Shown here: piece by piece, positions 1 through 9,162 of the stretch | How the letters are laid out: every line of letters starts with the position of its first letter | How positions within the stretch are numbered: position 1 is the stretch's first letter | Position numbers and translations under genes: made by a program | Assembly: GCA_963755715.1 (NCBI GenBank) | Contig: CAVWLW010000050.1 | Span: forward strand, 1 to 64,000 | Length of the DNA stretch: 64,000 nt | Source: an uncultured delta proteobacterium | GTDB lineage: Bacteria; Desulfobacterota; Binatia; UBA9968 | Direction: 5' to 3' | Notes under the pieces: model-generated | The model's input: the letters and a program-made list of their open reading frames with translations, nothing else | Told to the model about the DNA's origin: nothing | Databases searched by the model: none

Positions 1-26
1 GGATGGCTTTGAGGCCACGCACCCTT

Positions 27-578
27 TCAGTGGATCGGGGTCGGTTCTGCGAAGGACGCCACGCTTCTTCAGACGGCTTATCGCACCGGTCGCTACTCCG
101 ACCAATGCCAGCAGTCCGGCCAGGATCGCGAGATAAGGCAGGCCCTGCGACAGGCCGTCATGGATGACAGCGCGGTAGAGTTGATCACGAGAAGGGTGAT
201 CAAGGCTGCTGACATCGTCGAGTAGTCCTTTGCGATCACACGACGAACGTTGAAGGACATCCCCTCCGTGGACTTGGGAACCGGCTGGGCGGAGCCCCCA
301 GCGCGGCACTCGCGGCAGTATGCCCGGTAGGCGTCGCCGAACTTCTGCCTCAAGAAATCTTCCTCGGCAAGTACGATGCACTGATAGATGAATGCAAAAA
401 GACGCGATCCCGACACGGCGCCAGCGGATCGCCGTGGAACAGGAATAACACCGGAGTAGATCAGCATGTTGCCGACATAGAGGGGTTGCGGCAGACGCCG
501 AACATGCCTTCGGTAACCAGGTCCTTGGCATAGACGCGCTTGTTCAGGCCTCCGCGCTGGATATAGGCATATACCAAC
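27..578 (-). pseudogene. Isoprenylcysteine carboxyl methyltransferase (ICMT/Ste14/PEMT) family protein, 5' truncated and frameshifted
   Basis: Manual translation gives YAYIQRGGLNKRVYAKDLVTEGMFGVCRNPLYVGNML...IVLAEEDFLRQKFGDAYRAYC, with the family motifs RNPLY and EE..L...FG..Y..Y. The N-terminus is replaced by trxB sequence at about 580. Ends are approximate. Confidence 0.8.
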
Positions 579-579
579 G

Positions 580-1125
580 ATGGCCGGTAAAACTTGCTTC
601 GCGCTGAAAAACTAAAACCGACTGCGCAAAATTGGCAAGCGTCAACGCTTCCTGCAGCGCGGAGTCACCGCCGCCGACGACGCCGACGACCTGGCCGTTG
701 TAGAGCGGGCCGTCGCAGCTGGCGCAATGGCTGACGCCGCGACCCATTGGTTTCTCTTCGCCGGGCACGCCGAGTTCTTTCAGCGCCGAGCCGGTGGCGA
801 CGATGACGGCTTTGGCCTGAGATGCCGATCCTCCGCTGTGGCCACTGACCAGAGACGATCCTTCGCCGCTCGAGCTTGAGACTTCGGCGCGCTCGAACTC
901 CGCGCCGTGGTCCGCAGCCTGGCGCTGCAACGTCGGACAAAGGTCATAACCGGCGACGCCGTCGGGAAAGCCGGGGAAATCTTCGATCTTCTCGATGCTG
1001 ATCAGATGGCCGCCGGGAATATTCGATTCGAAAACCAAAGTGGAGAGGCCGTGGCGCGCGGAGAAAAGCCGGCGGTGAGAGCCGGCGAGGCCGGAGCCGA
1101 TGATGATTACGTCATAGTCGGCCAT
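580..1125 (-). CDS. trxB: Thioredoxin reductase-like FAD-dependent oxidoreductase, 3' truncated
   Basis: Motifs YDVIIIGSG, IEDFPGFP, VIVATGS, GRGVSHCASCDG (redox CxxC) and VVGGGDSALQEA. The sequence switches abruptly to ICMT after FQREASFTG, so about the last third is missing. Confidence 0.8.
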
Positions 1126-1140
1126 ATTTAACTTCTCATT

Positions 1141-1272
1141 GGTTCAAGCCGTTCAAAACGTTCAAGTCGTTCTGTTAAAGCCCCGTACCTCTGATCCTCC
1201 CCCGCGTCGCGGGGGAGGATCAGGGGGAGGAAAACGGAGCATAGCGGTTGAACGGCTTGAACGTTTTGAACG
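1141..1272. repeat. Composite palindromic intergenic repeat
   Basis: Tandem GTTCAAnnn units at 1141-1172 are mirrored by TTGAAC units at 1248-1272. They enclose the hairpin TGATCCTCCCCCGCG-T-CGCGGGGGAGGATCA. Confidence 0.75.
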
Positions 1273-1279
1273 AGACTGT

Positions 1280-2965
1280 CTATCTCCATTCATCCACCGA
1301 AACGGTCTTCTGATAGCTGCAGCCCATGATGCGCCAGTAGCCGTTGGTTTCGCCGCCGACCACGACGACGTGGATCTCGTCGCGCTTGAACATCTGGATC
1401 AGCTCGTCCGGCGCGGCCTTCAGCATCGAGGCGTACGGCTCCTCGCCGAAGGTGGCGCGCGGGTAGACGTAGTTCTGGATCAGCTGGTAGTCCCAGTACT
1501 CGCTCGGCCGGCATGCAGCGCGTTCTCGTAGACCCAGTCGATCAGCTTCTCCTTGGTGTCGAAGCCGCCGCGGTCGACGAACTGGCGCGCCGTGATCGGA
1601 TCGAGCACGAACAGTCGGCGTGCTCGTGCGGGTCCATGCCGCGCAGCATGTTGCGCACGTGCTCGCGCCAGTGCTTCTCGCGCACGCCGAGGGTGAACGC
1701 CGTGAGCGGCAGCCGCTGAAGACGCTGACCGTGCTGTCGGTCGGCTTGAAGCCGTGCTGCGACGTGGAACGGCTCCCACGGGCTGCGCTCCTCGTTCTCG
1801 GCGAAGCGTGAGGCTGTTGTAGGCGTAGCCGTTGCCCTGCGAGCCCATGTAGGTCAGGCCCGGCGACCGAGCCGCCCTGGCAGGTTCTGCGACAGCAGGC
1901 CGTAGGCGCGGCCGATGGTGGCGTTGGCGTGGTTGTACGGCCCCAGCGCGCCGATGCCCGCAGTTCATGCCGATCTCGTGGCGGATCGGGCCGTTGACCA
2001 CCGCCATCGCGGCCATCGAGCTGGTACGTGCTGCCGCGCGCGCTGACGCCGGTCGCGGCCAGCGCCAGGATGACCGGGAAGTACTCCGGCCGCGCGCCGG
2101 CCATGACCGCGTTGACCGCGACTTTCTCGACGGTGTACTCCCAGGCCTCGCGGAAGTGCGTCGGCCGCATGTGGCCGACGACCTCGTCGGGCTTGTGGCT
2201 GGTGTGCGCCAGCATCGCCGCGACCCGCTCCTCGGTCGGCAGGACGATCGGCAGCTTGTCGGTCCAGTTGTTCTCGAGGAACAGCTCGCTGCAGGTCGTC
2301 CTCGGTGTCCGGCTCGACCAGGCGCGGCGTCGAGCGCTCGAAGGTCGACTCTCTGCAGGTCCTCGTCGTCGAGCGGCCGCGGTCAGGCCCTCGATGACCT
2401 CCTGCATGACCGGGCGGCCGGTGATCGGGTCGATGCCGTCGACGTAGGCGCGCAGCTCGCCGCGCGTCTTGCCCATGACCGGCTGCGGCACGAAGGCCGA
2501 CGCGCATGCCGGGCATGCCGTTGCACGCGCGTCGACCGACCGCACGACGCGTCTCGAAGATGTCGGTGTGCAGGGCGACCGTCGGGCACGCCGGTACTTG
2601 CTGTCGATGGTCATCGCGTGCGCGGCGACCGCCGGCGCGCAGGTGCTTCAATGGCCGACGCCGACGATCGCGGCGTCGCCGTTCGCCTTGATCTGCTCCC
2701 AGGTCTCCGGATCGTCCTGCGTGTAGACGCTCGATCAGCTCGACGAGCGCGTCTTGACGCTGCGGCATGTGCTCGGCGAACCAGCGCCTGCATCTGCTCC
2801 AGGAAGAGTCGCGAGTCGTCGAAGCGGCAGTCGACCAGGTAGACGGTCTTGCCGTCGAGGCTGTCGAGCCGCGGCGCCAGCGGCTTCGGAGCCGTCACTT
2901 TTCGGCGGATATCCCACCGGGTTGAGCACGGTGATCTTGTCTAACCCATTGTTACTATCAGCCAT
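1280..2965 (-). CDS. UGSC-family selenoprotein (thioredoxin-like UxxC N-domain fused to a long C-terminal domain), multiply frameshifted
   Basis: Stitched frames read MADSNNGLDKITVLNPVGYPP...LAPRLDSLDGKTVYLVD...GDAAIVGVGH-TGA-STCAPAVAAHA...WTDKLPIVLPTEERVAAML...TVEKVAVNAVMAGARPEYFPVILA...IHVVVVGG...TVSVDEWR. The in-frame TGA is at 2650-2648. Confidence 0.8.
2619..2650 (-). promoter_or_regulatory. Candidate bacterial SECIS element
   Basis: UGA-AGCACC-UGCGC-GCC-GGC[GGUC]GCC-GCGCA forms a stem-loop directly after the UGA. The apical loop GGUC starts 18 nt after the codon. Confidence 0.65.
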
Positions 2966-3144
2966 GTGGTGTCCTCCCCTGTATTTGTTATTAATCGCGC
3001 GGCCGCTACACAGAAAAGTTTGTCGGCTGCGAGCTTTACGCTATGCGAAGTTCCGCACGTTGGTCAAGGAGACCGGCTGTTGGAAGGTGAAAGGGTCGGA
3101 GAGTTTGAGAGCACCGTTGGAGGGCGGGGAATGAGAGTGGACAT

Positions 3145-3435
3145 TTACCCCACTCGATGCAGATTAAAATGTCCGCCGTCGCTTTTTTGAGTTTGATAAC
3201 GCGACGTCATTTCTCTCATGCCGTTGTGGATGAGTGTGCCGCGGTGTTGGGTATGCGCTTCCACGCTGTCCCATTCGATCATTAAGATCACCCGGCTGGG
3301 CTTCGATACTGGTAAAGAATCCGGCACGCCGTGAGCGCCGGCGTAGTCGGCTTTCTTCAGAAAATCTCCGAAGACGTGGATGTATTCATCGCGTTTTTCC
3401 GGCGCGACATGCTGAATTAAGATTTCGTGGGTCAT
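3145..3435 (-). CDS. Antibiotic biosynthesis monooxygenase (ABM) / dimeric alpha+beta barrel protein
   Basis: 96 aa ORF with LMIEWDSVEAHTQHRG (W.s.eaH motif). An AAGGGG RBS precedes it. A local frameshift is possible. Confidence 0.65.
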   Translation of the reverse strand: MTHEILIQHVAPEKRDEYIHVFGDFLKKADYAGAHGVPDSLPVSKPSRVILMIEWDSVEAHTQHRGTLIHNGMREMTSRYQTQKSDGGHFNLHRVG

Positions 3436-3499
3436 TGTTCCCCCTTCGCGTTTTTGCTGTTCTTGCCAGGGAAGTTAACCGTATGTCAACCGACCGTTT

Positions 3500-3710
3500 T
3501 CATGCGGAGCACAAGCGTCGTTCTGCCGGCACGAAACGAATCTCAACGCGCTGATTTCGCGCCGCGGCGATTCTGTTGAGCATCGCCAGGGAATGACCTT
3601 CGTAGTTAGCGTCTTCGAGACGACAAATAACTGAAGCTGTGGTTCCGATGAGTTGTGCCAATTGACGTTGACTTAATCCATTCGCGATTCTCAGTGCAGT
3701 TAGCTTACGC
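3500..3710 (-). pseudogene. XRE/HigA-like HTH antitoxin, N-terminus lost
   Basis: Not in the ORF track. Manual translation gives RKLTALRIANGLSQRQLAQLIGTTASVICRLEDANYEGHSLAMLNRIAAARNQRVEIRFVP*. There is no start codon before the inverted repeat at 3722. Confidence 0.75.
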
Positions 3711-3721
3711 CAAACACTCGG

Positions 3722-4116
3722 CGTCAGACTTGCCTAAGTCTACTAAACCTATGATAGGCGGAGACGATGCCGCGTCACCCGCGAGTTCATGTTAAAGGAT
3801 TGCTCATCACGTGATGGCCTGGACAATGACGGGCAGAAGATTTTTATCAGGTAAAGTGACTATTGGGCCTTCATCGAAGCGCTTCGGACCCTGCTCCAGC
3901 GTCATCTCGACACCTATGTCTTGATCTCGAATCACTTCCATTTTTTATTCGAGGTCGATCGCTGCCCGACAGCACGCATCCTGCAATCGGACAGCCGCCG
4001 AGGCGGTGTTTGAACAGGGTTATCTCTCTTCCCAGGGTGGCAAGTTTCTTAGTTCCGATCCTCAAAGATCAGCCAAGCGCTTGCAGAAGAGTTAGTAGAG
4101 TCAGGCAAGTCTGACA
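3722..4116. mobile_element. MITE- or REPIN-like segment bounded by 25-bp inverted repeats
   Basis: 3722-3746 (cgtcagacttgcctaagtctactaa) matches the reverse complement of 4092-4116 (tgtcagacttgcctgactctactaa) at 22/25 positions. There is no credible internal ORF. Confidence 0.55.
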
Positions 4117-4137
4117 TCGCTGGGTCTCGATCTTACG

Positions 4138-4466
4138 GCCAAAGAAAACACTTCAATCGTGGACTTGCGCCAGCCCATGGATGTCGAGGTATAGCCATGG
4201 AAGAGATCGAAGAGCGCTACGGGGAGATTCCCCGGGATCGCGACGTCGTTCTCTACTGTTCGTGACCCAACGAGCCGACCAGCGCCCGTGTAGCGCTGCT
4301 GCTGCGAGCCAAAGAAATCACCAGGGTTCGCACACTCGAAGGCGGGATCGACGCTTGGCTCGCGGACAAATTTCCCATTCGTTACCGAAAGCCTCGCCAA
4401 AAAAGCCGTTGTCCTTTGAGAGAAGGTATTTTTCGCAGCGACATATTCTTGGATCAGCGACCATGA
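4138..4466 (+). pseudogene. Rhodanese domain (DedA-rhodanese type) with putative selenocysteine, internally deleted
   Basis: Not in the ORF track. ...SIVDLRQPMDVEV* is followed by MEEIEERYGEIPRDRDVVLYCS-TGA-PNEPTSARVALLLRAKEITRVRTLEGGIDAW. The TGA at 4263-4265 sits at the second Cys of the family motif YCxCPNE. Confidence 0.7.
4263..4298 (+). promoter_or_regulatory. Candidate SECIS element of the rhodanese gene
   Basis: UGA, then 14 nt, then the hairpin CAGCGC[CCGUGUA]GCGCUG with GU in the loop. Confidence 0.55.
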
Positions 4467-4708
4467 TTGAGCCAAGGATTGTTTCCTGCCCACTCAAGCC
4501 GATTATAGTTGTATGAGACCACCTTTATCGGATACGGTACGCCCAAATCGCCGAATGGAGGCTGCCTTCTTTTGGTCCGACTCGCTGTCCTAGCTGTCGA
4601 CAGCTGACTCGCAAGCGGCTGATGGAGCCGGGGTTCAATTACTCGCGTCGAGATCCGAAAAGCAATCTCCCATCATTTCGTTTTTCACCCTAGGTCGGAT
4701 CTATCTTA

Positions 4709-4856
4709 GTCTACGTTGACGACGTAGATGCGGTGTACGGCTCGAGCCATTCGACTTGGAGCCAAAGAGCATGTCCCGCCAGAAGACATTCCGTACGACG
4801 AGCGCCAAGCGAGCTTTATCGATCCGGGAGGTAACACGTGGTGGGTGTCGACTTAA
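4709..4856 (+). pseudogene. VOC/glyoxalase (PhnB-like) C-terminal remnant
   Basis: Manual translation with one frameshift gives VYVDDVDAVY/ARAIRLGAKEHVPPEDIPYDERQASFIDPGGNTWWVST*. Confidence 0.7.
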
Positions 4857-4944
4857 AGCAGATGCAATAATTGTGTGACTTGAAACAAAGCGCTCTGGGC
4901 GTTCGGCGGCAACACGAAGTAAAGCAAGAGATAGAGGGAACGAG

Positions 4945-5352
4945 ATGGATAAGGATCGCATAGCACAAAATCTGGCGGCTGTAGAGAGCCACTTCCACAG
5001 CGAAACGCTGAATGAGGTCGAAACGGCGCTCGATACTTTCACTGACGACATCGTTTGGGAAGCACCTGCCCCGAATGGCCTTAATCGATCTTTTCCGGGA
5101 AGGAAGCTACTGCCAAGAATTACCGGGAACTCTTTACGTCATGCGTAATGTAAAGTTCCAGTTTTTCAGCGCTTCGCGACCGAAGAGCGTGTGGTGGATG
5201 ACAGCATCGTCCATACGTTCGAGGTGGCGAAAGATGGATACTCGGATTTCCCGATCGGCAGCAAGATAGAAATGCGGCTGGGTCACATCTTTTTAGATGC
5301 GAGACGGGAAGATCTCACGGGAAATCGTCTTCGAATGGGTCGCACTGTGTAA
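4945..5352 (+). CDS. SnoaL-like / NTF2-family protein, frameshifted
   Basis: MDKDRIAQNLAAVESHFHSE...DTFTDDIVWEAP at the start and HIF.MRDGKISREIVF at the end, spread over several frames. Confidence 0.7.
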
Positions 5353-5487
5353 TCTATGCAGATGTACCGGCGCCGAGCCTCCCAAAAAGCAAATTCCTAT
5401 CACCTGAACGGCCCCGACACGAGATGTCGGTGCCGATTACCATCGGCGCCGCGATTTGAAGTGCTTTCCTTCGACAGGAGACAGGCC

Positions 5488-6714
5488 ATGAGCAGCAAAC
5501 CCAAGGTTCTGATGATCGTGACGCTCGACACCAAGGCGGTGGAAGCGCAATTCGTCCGGCAGACACTGGAGGCCGAAGGGGTGGACGTGGTTCACCTCGA
5601 CGCCAGCATCCGCGAGTCGACCGATAAGAACGTCGAGATCGCGCCGGAGGCCATCGCCGCGGCGGCCGGCAAGACGATCCAGGAGGTTCGCGACCTGCGT
5701 CATGAAGGCAAGTGCCAGGCGGTGATGATCGAAGGCGCCGTCAAGTGCGCGCTGGAGGCCCAGGCGAAACATGGCTTTGCCGGCATCATCGGTGTGGGCG
5801 GATCGATGGGCACCACGCTCGGCAGCGTCGTGATGCAGGCGTTCCCGTACGGCCTGCCGAAGGTGATGGTGTCGACGATGGCATCGGGCTTCACCCGGCC
5901 GTTCGTCGGCGCGAAGGACATCATCATGGTCAACCCGGTATGCGACATCGCCGGGCTCAACAGCATCACCCGCGACGCGTTCCGCAACGCGGCGATCGCC
6001 ACCGCCGCGATGGCGAAGAACTATTCGCCGGTGCGCACCGAACCTACGCCGCTGATCGCGATGACGACGCTCGGCACGACCGATCGCTGCACCGTGCGCG
6101 TGCGCAAGGCGCTGGAGCGCAAGGGCTACGAGGTGATGGTGTTCCACACGCTCGGTACCGGCGGCATGGCGATGGACCAGATCGTGCGCGAGCGCGACGT
6201 CGCCGCGGTCGTCGACGTGTCGCTGGTCGAGATCAACGATTATCTGAACAACGGAATGTGCAGCGCCGGCCCGGACCGCGCCAAAGCGGCACTCGAGAAG
6301 GGCGTGCCGGTGATCTTCGCGCCGGGCAACGCGGACTTCATGCTGTCCGGACCCATCGACATGGCGAAGACACAATTCCCGGGCAAGCGTTATCACATCC
6401 ACAACCAGGCAATTACCGCCGTGCGCACCGAGGCTGGCGAACTGCAGCAGTTGGCGAAGCACATGGGTGGCCTGATCGCCAGCGCCAAGGGGCCGGTCTC
6501 GTTCTTCGTGCCGCTGAAGGGCTTCTCGCACCACGACAGCCCCGAGGGGCATCTGCACGATCCGTCGCTGTGCCCGGTGTTCGCGGAAGCGCTGAAGAAG
6601 GCCCTGCCGGCGTCCGTGCCGGTGACCGAGTTCGACTGCCACATCAACGATCCGCAGTTCGCCGACGCGATCGTCGAGCAAGTCTTGGCCTCGACCCATT
6701 ATACAGCCAGTTAA
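5488..6714 (+). CDS. Tm-1-like ATP-binding domain protein (UPF0261)
   Basis: Motifs TLDTK, GVGGSMGT, PYGLPKVMVSTMASG, DIAGLN and DCHINDPQFA. The start is placed at ATG 5488 after AGGAG. Confidence 0.9.
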   Translation: MSSKPKVLMIVTLDTKAVEAQFVRQTLEAEGVDVVHLDASIRESTDKNVEIAPEAIAAAAGKTIQEVRDLRHEGKCQAVMIEGAVKCALEAQAKHGFAGIIGVGGSMGTTLGSVVMQAFPYGLPKVMVSTMASGFTRPFVGAKDIIMVNPVCDIAGLNSITRDAFRNAAIATAAMAKNYSPVRTEPTPLIAMTTLGTTDRCTVRVRKALERKGYEVMVFHTLGTGGMAMDQIVRERDVAAVVDVSLVEINDYLNNGMCSAGPDRAKAALEKGVPVIFAPGNADFMLSGPIDMAKTQFPGKRYHIHNQAITAVRTEAGELQQLAKHMGGLIASAKGPVSFFVPLKGFSHHDSPEGHLHDPSLCPVFAEALKKALPASVPVTEFDCHINDPQFADAIVEQVLASTHYTAS

Positions 6715-6890
6715 TTTAAGAGTTCCGCTGCTCTTTGGAAAATATCGCAACACCTTGAATAGACCTCCGCGCGGTCTCGCGTTGGTCAGCAACGAAATCA
6801 ACGACCCGCAAGCGCTGGAATTTCAACCTGCCATATGAGAAGTTTGAATAACGCAATACGGTGAGCTGCGAAGAGACGAAAGGATTACCT

Positions 6891-7307
6891 ATGCTGGATT
6901 GCATAATCACCGAGACCAAGGATATTGAGCCTGTCGTCTACGAGTGGGGAGGGGTCAAGTGGGTTGCCAACAACGACCTTGACCCGGGCTGTGAGCAGAG
7001 CTTCGGCCTCGTGCACATCCTTCCGGGAAAGACCAACCCCGAACACTGGCACACGGCAGCGGAAGAGATCGTGTTCATGCTCCAGGGCGAGTGCGACGTG
7101 CGCCTAGGCGACCGGAACTTGAAGATCGGGCCTGGGCAGACGCTCTACATCCCGCAGGGCGTCAAGCACGAGGTCGCGAACAAGGGCTGGGAGCCGGTTC
7201 TTTACGTCTGCTCCTTTTCGGCGAGCATGCGCGGCACGCTCTTCGAGAACCCTTCGGCTCCCGGCGTGCGACCGCTATCCGGTCAGAGCGGAAGCCAGGC
7301 CTGGTGA
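6891..7307 (+). CDS. Cupin domain protein
   Basis: Cupin metal motifs PEHWHTAAEE and YIPQGVKH. Confidence 0.85.
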   Translation: MLDCIITETKDIEPVVYEWGGVKWVANNDLDPGCEQSFGLVHILPGKTNPEHWHTAAEEIVFMLQGECDVRLGDRNLKIGPGQTLYIPQGVKHEVANKGWEPVLYVCSFSASMRGTLFENPSAPGVRPLSGQSGSQAW

Positions 7308-7320
7308 GCCAGACGCGCGC

Positions 7321-8730
7321 ATGGCGGCGAAGTACGACCTAGTCGTGCTCGGCGCCGGTCCGGCCGGCGAGAAGGGAGCGGCCCAGGCCGCGTACTTCGG
7401 AAAGCGCGTCGCCGTCGTCGATCCCAATCCCCGGCCGGGCGGCATCGCGGTGAGCACGGCCGGGATCCCGACCAAAACCCTACGCGAAGGAGCCATCTAC
7501 CTCTGCGGACTCGGCCAGAGCGCGACCGGCGTGCCGCCGGCGAGCGCGCGGGACTCGTGGCGCTTGCTTATGGCTCGAAAACTCGAGGTCTCGGAGTTCA
7601 TGACCAAGGCCGTCGAGCGAAACCTGGTGCGCCACGGCATCGAGCGGATCCGCGGCCGCGCGCGCTTCCTCCCTGATCGGCGTGTGGAGGTCGAGAAGGC
7701 AGGAGAAGAGCGGGTCGTGCTCGAGGCCGACGTCGTGCTGCTCGCCTCGGGGTCGAGACCCAGGCATCCGCCCGGTATTCCCATGGACGACCCCGACGTG
7801 CACGACTCGGAGAGCATCCTCGAGATCGAGGCAGCGCCGGAATCGATCCTCGTCATCGGCGGCGGCTCCTTAGGCTGCGAGTACGCTTCGATCTTCGCCG
7901 GGCTCGGCGTGCAGGTGACCGTCGTGGACGCCGGCAGCCACCTGCTCCCGGCGCTCGATGTCGAGATGGCGCGGGTCCTGGCCGAGTCCTTCAACTCCAT
8001 GGGGATCCGCGTGGTTCCCATGGTCTCCGTGTCCGGCGTCGCGCGCGAGAGCGGCGCGCTTGAGGCCAGGCTCGTCGACGGCCGCACGCTCCGAGCCCAG
8101 AAGATCTTGGTCGCCGCAGGCCGGCGCCCCCAAATCGAGGGCCTGGGGCTCGCCGAAGCCGGAGTCAAGATCGACTCCGCCGGCTGGGTCCGGGTGGACG
8201 ACCGGTACGCAACCACCGCGCCGGGAGTGTTCGCCGCCGGCGACGTGATCGGCCCTCTCGGTCTCGCGTCGATGGCGATGGAGCAGGCGCGGGTTGCGGT
8301 TTGCCACGCCTTCGGCTTTGAGTACAAGAAGGAGACCGATCGCTTCCGACCGAGCTACGTGTTCTCCATCCCCGAGGCCGCCTGGGTCGGGCTCACGGAG
8401 GAGCAGGCACGCGCATCGGGGATCGAGTACGAGGTGGGCCGGTCCTCCTTTGGCGCGAACGCGAAGGCCCGGATTTCCGGGTTCCCGGACGGTCTCGTGA
8501 AGCTCGTGTTCCGCGTGCCCGACAAGATGCTCATAGGAGTGCACATCGTCGGAGAGCTTGCCAGCGAGCTCGTCCACATCGGGCAGTTCGTGATGCACGA
8601 GGGCGGCACCATCGACCGCTTCATCGACGCGACGTTCGCCGTCCCGACGCGGAGCGAGGCATACAAGTACGCCGCCTACGATGGGCTGATGCGCCTCGAA
8701 CGCCGCGCGGGACCGAGGACGGCCGGCTGA
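7321..8730 (+). CDS. sthA: Soluble pyridine nucleotide transhydrogenase-like flavoprotein
   Basis: Motifs YDLVVLGAGPAGEKGAAQAAYFGKRVAVV, GCEYASIF, AAGDVIG, MEQAR and the SthA-type C-terminus F..PT.SEAYKYAAYDGL. Confidence 0.75.
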   Translation: MAAKYDLVVLGAGPAGEKGAAQAAYFGKRVAVVDPNPRPGGIAVSTAGIPTKTLREGAIYLCGLGQSATGVPPASARDSWRLLMARKLEVSEFMTKAVERNLVRHGIERIRGRARFLPDRRVEVEKAGEERVVLEADVVLLASGSRPRHPPGIPMDDPDVHDSESILEIEAAPESILVIGGGSLGCEYASIFAGLGVQVTVVDAGSHLLPALDVEMARVLAESFNSMGIRVVPMVSVSGVARESGALEARLVDGRTLRAQKILVAAGRRPQIEGLGLAEAGVKIDSAGWVRVDDRYATTAPGVFAAGDVIGPLGLASMAMEQARVAVCHAFGFEYKKETDRFRPSYVFSIPEAAWVGLTEEQARASGIEYEVGRSSFGANAKARISGFPDGLVKLVFRVPDKMLIGVHIVGELASELVHIGQFVMHEGGTIDRFIDATFAVPTRSEAYKYAAYDGLMRLERRAGPRTAG

Positions 8731-9162
8731 GGCGGCGCGGATGGCCTACGGATTCGAGGCCGGCCGCGTCTGCGCCGCATCACGTTCTTTTGGAAATGTT
8801 GACGCGTGAGTACTTGCTGAGCCGGCCCGCTGCTTGTTTCCCGATAAAGTCGCCGCCAGCCGTGAACGTCAGGGGCTACTACCCCACCCAGTCTTGTACC
8901 CGCTACCATTCTCAGGCCAACGAGTACACGGTCTCAATGGAAGGATTCACGCTACGAGAGGCCAGTGCTGCGGAGGCCATCCGAGTTGAGCGATGACATG
9001 CGCAAGGATTGATCGTGAATATCGGTTCGGGAACAGGGTCAATCTTTGATTTGAGATTCGAATCTGGGGCCAAGCCTTCCAATATTGCGACTCTGAAAAT
9101 CTTTAACGGGCCACTATTCCCACGCTGAACTAAGCTCTTTCAGCTTTACATATATTTCCGCC

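Noticed and set aside
2735-2737. A second TGA in the UGSC gene as another Sec codon
   Set aside because: It lies in a frameshifted stretch, is not in a redox motif, and has no evident hairpin.
5356-5487. Extended N-terminus of the Tm-1-like ORF
   Set aside because: Family similarity begins at MSSKPKV, which has its own RBS.
5437-6801. Long antisense or alternative-frame ORFs (also 30267-31652, 40370-41707, 22693-23625 and 11134-11958)
   Set aside because: They are shadows of well-supported genes in GC-rich DNA and have no family motifs.
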